DNA of 64,000 bases from positions 40,672,001-40,736,000 of the forward strand of contig OZ024744.1 of the NCBI GenBank assembly GCA_964016885.1, read 5' to 3'. A program made the translations under genes and the position numbers. The notes under the pieces were generated by a model. It saw only the letters and a program-made list of their open reading frames with translations. It searched no databases and had not been told where the DNA came from. This document shows positions 55,456 to 64,000 of this stretch, piece by piece (the stretch's first letter is position 1; each line of letters starts with the position of its first letter). The DNA is from Eledone cirrhosa (lineage: Eukaryota).

Positions 55456-56483
55456 TATATATACATACATACGTATGGATTCACCGAAGATTTATTATAA
55501 TGCTCGGTGGGTTTGTAAACAAACATCCCGAATTAAGCCGTACAGTGTCTAGCAACCATCGTTCAACACTGACAAAGGAACGCTGTACTAGTTTCAAGTT
55601 TATTAGCTATCGTCAGCAACGTATACCTTCCTGCCAGATGATTGAACGTCTGAAAGTATATACTTTCCTTATGCATATGCATATTAACGGCTGAGCAGCC
55701 TAATTTGCATATCGAGTGAGTTAATCGGCCGGGGTACCGAAAACGCTAAACGGAAAAAATGAAACGAGATTTCATTTCGCACTCTTAGTACGGCTGTTAC
55801 TTAAATATAAGTATGTATACGTACATACATATATGTATACAGACGTACAGTAGTATGTATATATATATATACATACATGCACACATATATATATGTACGT
55901 ATGGATTCACCGATCATTTATTATAATGCTCGGTGTGTTTGTAAACAAACATCCCGTATTAAGCCGTAGTGTCTAGCAACCATCGTTGCTCGTTTGTTCA
56001 ACACTGACGGTTGTTCAACACTGATCGTTGCTAGGCACTACTGCTTAATACGGTATGTGTGTTTACAAACACACTGAGCATTATAATAAATGTTCGGTGA
56101 ATCCATACGTACATATATATATGTGCATGTATGTATATATATACATACTACTGTACGTCTGTATACATATATGTATGTACGTCTACATACTTATATTTAA
56201 GTAACAGCCGTACTAAGAGTGGGAAATGAAATTTTGTTTTATTTTTTCCGTTTATCGTTTTCGGTGCACCCGGCCGATTAACCCACTCGATATGCAAATT
56301 GGGCTACTCAGCCGTTAATATGCATAAGGAAAGTATATACTTTTAGACGTTCAACAATCTGGCAGGAAGGTATACGTTGCTGTACGTCTGTATACATATA
56401 TGTATGTACGTGTACATAATTTTATTTAAGTAATAGCCCTACTAAGAGTGGGAAATGAAATTTCGTTTCATTTTTTCCGTTTA
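55456..56483. repeat. continuation of family A array; one hammerhead (tcgtcag 55610), fold-back near 56010, + strand unit with deleted core
   Basis: The unit resumes in register after the LTR; at 56380 gttgctg jumps to tacgtctg. Confidence 0.9.
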
Positions 56484-56499
56484 TATATATATATATATA

Positions 56500-57250
56500 T
56501 AAGTCCTTTTTCCATGCTAGCATGGGTTCGATGAGTTGTCTTGTGTGACAAGTAAGATAGAATGACCATATCTTACATATACAGAACTGTTTCTGGCTTG
56601 GTTTTATGGCTGGCTACTCTTCCTAACACCGACCACTTTACAGTGTAGACTGGGTGCTTTTTGTTATAGCACCAATACGACCACTTTACAGTGTAGACTA
56701 GGTGACTTTTGTGTTGTCACCAGCACAATCACTTTGCTGGGTGCACTGGGTGCTTTTTTTGTCATGTCACTAACATGAGCACTTTACAGGTTAGGCAAGA
56801 TACTTTTGTCATATTACCATCACGACCACTTTACAGGATGAACTGAGCATTTAGAACCATGGAATTTCACCAACACTATCACCCTACAGGGTGGACTGGG
56901 TACAATTTGTCCTGGCACTATCATCACCACCTTATAGGGCAGACTGTGTGCTCTTTGTTGTGACACCAGTTCGACCACTACACAGGGTAGATTTTGCGCC
57001 TTCTTTCATGCAATTAACATGACCACTTTACAGGGTGGACTAGGTTCTTCATGTCATGTCCCCAATATGACCACCTTACAGAGTGGACTGGGTGCTTATT
57101 TCTCATGACACCAGCACAACAACCTTACATGCTGGACTAGCAGATCTTGTTGTGTCACCAGCATGACAACCTTCTAGGGTGAACTGAGGGCTTTTTAGCC
57201 ATTTCAGCAACATTGTGAGAGAGTGTGTCCAGCCATCCATGCTTGTATAC
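56500..57250 (-). repeat. RTE 3'UTR-type tail expanded into a ~47-bp minisatellite (about 12 diverged units)
   Basis: Recurrent gaccactttacag.gtggactggg..cttttg..gt.accagcac from 56630 to 57200. Confidence 0.75.
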
Positions 57251-57454
57251 ATGGGTCAAGAGAGGCGTATCAGATGTGGAAAGTGGGGGTAGGAGTGCTT
57301 GTAAGTAGAGTAGGGATTGGTGAAGTAGGTCTAGGGAGGGATACTTAGCTGTTGAAGGGTGGAGTGATAAAATGTAGGAAAAGTAAAGTAGAGGGAAGGG
57401 AGAAGAGATGCATACTAGAGACCACTAGATGTTGCTTCACCTCAATATATATAT

Positions 57455-57864
57455 ATGGGCAACAACTGTAGAGGATATGCGACGGCTGGAGAGAAATGAA
57501 GCAAGCATGCTTTGTTGATGTGCGATGTCAATGTGTGTGAACGACCAAGCATGGATGAGTTGAGAGGGAAACTGGGTATAAGAGGTATAAGTTGTGTTGT
57601 GCAGGCGAGAAAACTGAGATGGTATGGACATGTGATGCGCATGGAAGATGACCGCTGGGTAAAGAAGTGCCAAGAAATCCCAGTAGAAGGAAGACACAGT
57701 AGAGGTAGACCATGAAAAACATGGGCAGAGGTGGTGAGAGCAGACCTCAGATCGCTGAAACTCACCGAGGAGATGATGAAGGACCGTGACAAGTGGAGAG
57801 ATGCGGTGCTGAAGAGGACCCATCCCACTCTTGCAAGTAGGGAAAATGGTGATGATGATGATGA
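57455..57864 (+). mobile_element. RTE 3' end, another subfamily with a short UTR
   Basis: LRWYGHVMRM...GRP*KTW; (GAT)n tail. Confidence 0.8.
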
Positions 57865-57880
57865 TATATATATATATATA

Positions 57881-59907
57881 TAAGTAAGGCAATCAAAGAT
57901 ATGAAGACGGGTAAGGCGGCTCGTCCTTCGGAAATAGTTGCTGAGATGTTGAAAGCCTCTGGAACGGTGGGACACACCATAGGCACCCGGATAGTAAACC
58001 AAGTCATACAGAATGGGGTTGTTCTGAAGGACTGGCGTAGCAGCATCATCGTTAACTGTTACAAGGGTAAAGGAGACGCCCTAGATAGGAGTAACTATAG
58101 AGGCATTAAATTAATCGACCAGGTCATGAAGTTCACGGAAAAAGTAATAGCGCAACTAATCAGAGAGAGAATTGATCTAGATGAAATGCAGTTCGGGTTT
58201 GTGTCAGGTAAAAGTACCACAGACGCTCTTTTCATTGTACGACAACTTCAGGAGAAGTACCTAGCTAAATGTAAACCCCTCTACTTAGCTTTTGTAGACC
58301 TGGAGAAAGCCTTCAACAGAGTCCCCCGTTCCATTATCTGGTGGGCTCTTAGAAAACTAGGTGTTGATGAATGGCTTGTGAGAGCTATACAAGCCATGTA
58401 TAAAGAAACAGTCAGCAAGGTTAGAATTAACAACGAATATAGTGAAGAGTTTAGCGTAAAAGTTGGTGTTCATCAGGGCTCTGTTCTTAGCCCCCTACTA
58501 TTTATTATTGCCCTTCAGGCTATAACAGTGGAGTTCAAGACCGGCTGCCCATGGGAACTCCTATACGCAGATGATCCAACGCTCATAGCTGAATCAATGG
58601 CCGAGCTAGAGAAGAAATTCCAAACATGGAAGCACGGCCTAGAATCAAAAGGCGTTAAAATTAACCTGGCTAAGACTAAAGTTCTAGTTTGTAGGAAAGA
58701 AAATAAGGCGCCGGTCCCTTCCGGGAAATGGCCATGCTCAGTGTGTAGGAAAGGCGTAGGTAGAAACTCCATTTTATGTCCCAAATGCAAAGTATGGGTG
58801 CATAAAAGATGTAGCGGGATCACAGGTAAGCTAACTTAGAATATAGATTTTACATGTGGCCGGTGCTCTGGTGCAATAAGTAGCAGCAAGTGCCCACAAA
58901 ATACTAGCTCTTTCAATTGCGCAGAGGGTTCTATAGAAATAGTGGACAGCTTCCATTACCTGAGTGACAAAATCAGCAGTGGGGGAGGGTGCTCTGAAAG
59001 TACAGTAGCTAGAGTCAGAACTGGATGGAAAAAGTTCAGAGAGCTTATACCACTATTAGCCGCTAAAGGCTTCTCCCTAAAAATGAAAGGCAGGCTGTAT
59101 GATGCCTGCATACGAACAGTAATGTTGCATGGCAGTGAGACCTGGGCATTGTGTGCAGAGGATATACGCAGACTAGAGAGGAACGAAGCTTGCATGCTTC
59201 GGTGGATGTGTAATAGTAATATACGTGAACGGCAAAGCATAAACGAACTAAGGGAAAAATTAGAAATAAGAGGGATCAGATGTTGTTTACTCGAGAGAAG
59301 ACTACGTTGGTATGGTCACGTGATGCGCATGAAAGACGACAGCTGTATAAAAAAGTGCAGGGCAATAAAGATTGACGGTAGCCACGGAGTAGGCAGACCC
59401 AGAAAAACCTGGGACGACTTGATAAATTCCGACCTCACACACTTACACCTCTCCAAGACAATGTCACTGGACCGAGATCTTTGGCGGTACTCAGTAATAG
59501 AGAAGACCCGCCTTACCTAAATACAAAGTAAAACCTACTACAGTCAGTAGGCATCTCTAACAAAACACAGCCCCGTCCCACTACCCCCACCCCATCCACA
59601 CGGCCCCTTTCAATGTAAAGTTATGTTGGTGCCACAACATCCAGGCCGAAACAAATGAGATCGTGTAGGTGTCACGACAAAAAAACACACAGTCCACGTT
59701 GTAATGTGGCTGTGTAGGTAACACGGTAAAAACCTCCCAGTTCCACACTGTAAATGTGGTTGGTGTTAGGAAGGGCATCCAGCTGTAGAAAACCCGCCAG
59801 ACAGTCCTATGCGAGCAAGACAACCACTCTTGCCTCAAGTGGGAAAACTCCCGTCCAAACCCATGCAAGCGTGGAACATGGACGTTAAACGATGATGATG
59901 ATGATGA

Positions 59908-59910
<3 letters not shown>
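57881..59910 (+). mobile_element. 5'-truncated RTE LINE (RT, PHD-like finger, C-terminus, 3'UTR)
   Basis: ORFs 57901..58839 and 58942..59520 in one frame separated by a TAG at 58837. Confidence 0.92.
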
Positions 59911-59946
<36 letters not shown>

Positions 59947-61139
59947 GAGAGAGAAAGATACATACATATACGGTATGTGTTACAACTGACTGTTGGAATA
60001 TACACGTATTTACATAATTATTACTAATAATCAGGCTTTTGGTAGAACTGGTACTAGTTTGGGTAAATATCAACATTTTCTTTGGTCTTTTTACTGACTG
60101 ACCCAATTATCAATTCTTTAATTAACATTAATTTTTGTTGATGACCATAATTAATTCGTGAGATATATCAATAACTTTGATGACATTATTGAATGATTTG
60201 ATGATTGTTAAGTCTTCTAGCTGTCAGCCTTTCAATATTCATAGCTAGGCTTTTAAAATGTTTAATCATAAACAAGCTGTATATGATTAGATATATGAAA
60301 TTCACATACTTATATGTATACAGCTATGCCAGAGTGAAAATTTGAGAGGTCCACGTAAGCGTTGATATATATATATGTATGTAAAAGGTAAACAGAAATA
60401 ACAACCCAATATTTTTTTTTCTTTTTTTTTTTAAATGTATAGGAAAAACAAACACTAGGCGTGAAGTATAGAAAAATTCTTCATTTTTCTATACTTCATG
60501 CCTAGTGTTTATTTTTCCTATACGTTTGAAAATATTATTACTCCATGATCTTCCACCTAGCTACTATAATCTGATCCCTCTTATTGGAGTATTACTGAAA
60601 CCTACAAGGAACATGTTGAGAAAAATACTTTGGTGAGTAATCTTGTTTTATTTTTGTTTGTACACTTATCTACACAGACAAATTTTACTCATACATTTAT
60701 TCATATATATATATAAGTGTTGTAGTTTGCTTAAAGCATCGTGGAATAAGAAACACAAATATAACTAGGAAATAAGTTTCAATATTTGGAAGCCTGACAA
60801 TGCATGTGAGATATAAGGGCCTAGGTAATAAGAATTTGAGAAAATAGGACAAAAACCTGAGAAAAGAGTGAGAATGGTAGAATATTACTTTAGCAATTTT
60901 AATGATCCCAAATATTTTCGTATTTACCATCCATAATCAGGGGGGAGGGGGGGGCGCTGCATGGGTGGGGTATGCATTGATGAACATTACACTTGGGTAC
61001 TTATTGCTATCATACCACAAGTTGACTTTATTAGTCTTCTTGAGTCTTTCTATTTTATTCCAAAATTTGCTCCCATGCGGAAAGATGTAGCAGGTGGACC
61101 AGACTCCCACAAACCAAAACTAAAAAAAGAAAATCCTTG

Positions 61140-61320
61140 CATATGTGGTGGGGGCCATTATAAGACTAACCCTTAGGGAACATATGTTTAAGTTCAATGG
61201 CAAAACATATGCCTAAGAGGAGGGGGCGGCCATTGGCGTCAGCATTACTGGTGACATAGCTAACCTCTTTATGGTATAGTGGGACAGGAGACTTATGGAA
61301 CACTTAGATGAGAACTCTAT
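61140..61320 (+). pseudogene. PLE-type RT fragment
   Basis: LREHMFKFNGKTYA*EEGAAIGVSITGDIANLFMV*WD. Confidence 0.6.
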
Positions 61321-62384
61321 AACCTAGCTATGTGTGCTTACATTCTTTACAAATTATTCCCTGTGATTGTTCCATATGTTTATTTCATATATATATATGT
61401 CAATCTATTTCTAGTTGATATGTATATATGTATGTTTGTATGTATGTATATATGTATGTCAGGTCTCTCTTGAGTGCAACTGGTAACGTCTAACCCAGTA
61501 CAACCTGTCGCATGGTCGGCTCGTCGGCGACTAAATCGGCAACCCCACCAAGTTTACTTGGTGAGGAGGGTGATTTTGGAGACCCTGCAAGACAAAAAAC
61601 AAAACCTGATAAAGGGCGGAAGAACTCATAAGAGTCAACGGCCATCTGAAATTGTGTAAATATGTATATAGACATGTACCGCCCGGTTAAACCACTGGGA
61701 GTGAAGGATCCCTAGCCTTTGTCAGGGCATTCTTCTAGAAGGCAACTCAGGAAACTGGGATAACTCTGATATAAAACCTGCGGCTCAGTAGTTACTGATG
61801 ATGTTGATGTTTTCTTCTTTTCAGGTTATAGCTACTGTCGCTCAGAGAGTGGGATTGGCTCAGTGCACAGTCTTTCCTCACCTTAAAAAATATCTTCACG
61901 CACAGGCATTGCATGATAGAATTACACGATAGAATTAATTAATAATTATTAATAATGGTATATCGTGCAATGGCCATACTCGATAACGAGGGGACAGCTA
62001 TCATATATGTATGTATATATGTATGTATGTGTGTGTATATATATATGTATGTTCTTCTGGTTTTATAATTTCGCCAATTTTTCCCAATAGAGAGAGAGTC
62101 AGTTTCTAACATAGACACAAGACTCTCTCATTGGAATTTACACATCAACGAGGTAGATATGTATGCATGTCTGCATGCATGCATGTGTAGGTATGGATGT
62201 TATTGTATGTGTGGATCTGTATGTTTTGAGTTGCATGTGTGCATGTGTATATGCAGTTATTAGATGCAAAATTTTTGGAATATTTTTACTGTTCCATTAA
62301 TGGATTGTACTTGTAATTTCCTAACTAGTTGTGTTCTATATATTCATGTGAAGCCCAGCTTCTCAAGATTTGTATTCAATAATG

Positions 62385-62730
62385 GAGGCATATGGCTTAG
62401 TGGTTAGAGCATTGGCCTTGCAATCGAAAGGTTGTGAGTTCAATTCTCAGACCGGGTGATGTGTTGTTTCCTTGAGCAAGACACTTTATTTCACATTGCT
62501 CCAGTTTACTCAGCTGTAGAAATGAGAAGATAGGGACTGGGATCCCTATCATTCCACTGCAAAGTGGTCGTGCAGGTGCCACGGCAAAAAAGCACCCAGC
62601 ACTCACTGTAAATGAGGTTGGTGTTAGGAAGGGCATCCAGCTGTAGAAATCAAGCCAGAATCAGTTCCCGTCCCACCCTTGCAAGCAGGGAAAAAGCGGA
62701 CGTAAAATGAAATGATGAATGATGATGAAT
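62385..62730 (+). mobile_element. complete tripartite SINE: tRNA head, CORE-like domain, RTE-shared 3' tail
   Basis: A-box tggcttagtgg, B-box gagttcaattc, ccttgagcaagacactt, ggttggtgttaggaagggcatccagctgtagaaa, (ATGA)n; partial - copy at about 43355-43560. Confidence 0.85.
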
Positions 62731-62731
62731 A

Positions 62732-62990
62732 ATAATGAAATTATTGTGTAAAGTGCTCAGGCGCACTACAACTCGTCAAAGGTGCATGTATAGTACATAG
62801 AATAATACACAAATGTCAGAGAAGTGAATAGTGTATGAGTCATGATATACATGTGTGTATGTGTATGGAGGGGGAACATTAGGTGTAGTGTTGGCGAATC
62901 TCGGGAAGCATGGAGGCCTTAAAGGATGCAGTGCCTCGACAGCTAACAACTGGTGCAGGTAGTTTGTTCCATGCTTCAGCAACTCTGAGC
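62732..62990 (-). mobile_element. CR1/L2-type LINE 3' end
   Basis: Reverse strand LRVAEAWNKLPAPVVSCRGTASFKA (WNxLP...S...FK terminus), then 3'UTR. Confidence 0.65.
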
Positions 62991-62994
62991 AGTT

Positions 62995-64000
62995 ACTATC
63001 ATATCCCAGTGCCCCAATAATCACAGGTGTAAATCTGAAGGTATAATCAGGGTGGTGTATCTGCAGATTTCTCATTAGTTCCGCATAAATATTCTCTTTT
63101 TTGCAAATCTTTGATATTATATTGGCATCTGTTGGGCAGCTAACTTCCACTACTGTGCATGCCTCCTTTTCCCTGTCCTCTATAATTATATCTGGTCTGT
63201 TATGCCTGCATTTTATTGGGGTTTTTACTGGAAGATTCCACCAGTACTCTTTCATATTATGTATATGTATGTCTTCCACATTGCTGTAGCTTTTAATGTG
63301 TTTATTATCGGGGCTATCTTTTCTACGGATTGCATTGTACAGTGTTTTGGCCACTACATCATGCCTCATAGGTAGATAGTACCGCGATGACAACTTTGGA
63401 CAGCTGCTTATGTCATGGGTGACATCTTCGATGTTAATTCTGCAGAGTCTGCACATGTTGTCACATCTAGGTGTTTTTCTTGCATCCCTATCTCTTATGT
63501 GAATCAGATACTTCGTGTTGATTTCCTGTTCCTGGATTGCAAAAGCGTATCCTTCAAAGTGGGAGCCAATATAGCGGTTGTTGGTCCAAGATAGACTACT
63601 TTCCTTATCTATATTACTCTCACTCTGGCGCTTCCTGGCAACATATCCATGCATGACATTTTGCTGATAAGCATACAGTTTTTCATCCTTGGATTCACTG
63701 CAAAACTGCTGAGCAACTTCCTTGGGTGTGAGTTTTTGATTATCACACAAGGAATATCTCTTGAGGAGTTCCTTCCCAACTCTCATGATCTTATCTGTTT
63801 CATGCAGACAGACTTGCTCAATAGATGGACTCCTATGCTTCGAGGTTCATAAATGTTGTTGGAGGGATAAAGAGCAGCACTGATAAGCTATCACCCTGAA
63901 AGATGCCTTTCTGTTAGTATATTGTATCAGTCTCAATGTGCTCCTTCTCACCTCTAGGAATCAAATTGATGTATCAGTTCTTGACCAGGTGTTCAACAGC
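62995..64000 (-). mobile_element. R4/Dong-like non-LTR retrotransposon C-terminus: CCHC knuckle and restriction-like endonuclease
   Basis: AIQEQ, CRLC..EDVTHDISSC, RHD, NRPDI, VEVSCP, K..IY.EL, PVIIGALG. Confidence 0.88.

Noticed and set aside
62385-62455. tRNA gene
   Set aside because: No intact cloverleaf; it continues into SINE body and tail, so it is a SINE head. The same applies to the other B-box hits.

Overview
AT-rich eukaryotic repeat-dense DNA with no recognisable host protein-coding gene. The SINE/LINE repertoire looks cephalopod (Octopus-like); this is an inference from the repeats only. The window is a nested mosaic of decayed mobile elements, mostly abutting (TA)n tracts. It holds many RTE-clade LINEs (one near full length, with a PHD-type finger after the RT), several Penelope-like elements (PLEs) with inverted pseudo-LTRs, a two-LTR Ty3/Gypsy element, a Chapaev3-like transposon, mariner, piggyBac-MITE, R4/Dong, CRE and CR1 remnants, and tRNA-derived SINEs. 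The most interesting signal is non-coding. Two tandem-repeat families (about 430 bp and 467 bp) carry a minimal type I hammerhead ribozyme per unit, and a third (315 bp) carries a core-deleted remnant. All three have an octamer / PSE-like / TATA cassette 46-57 nt upstream of the ribozyme core, and they sit next to hammerhead-bearing PLE ends. This looks like a self-promoting retrozyme system that depends on PLEs. All structures were paired by eye and nothing was computed.
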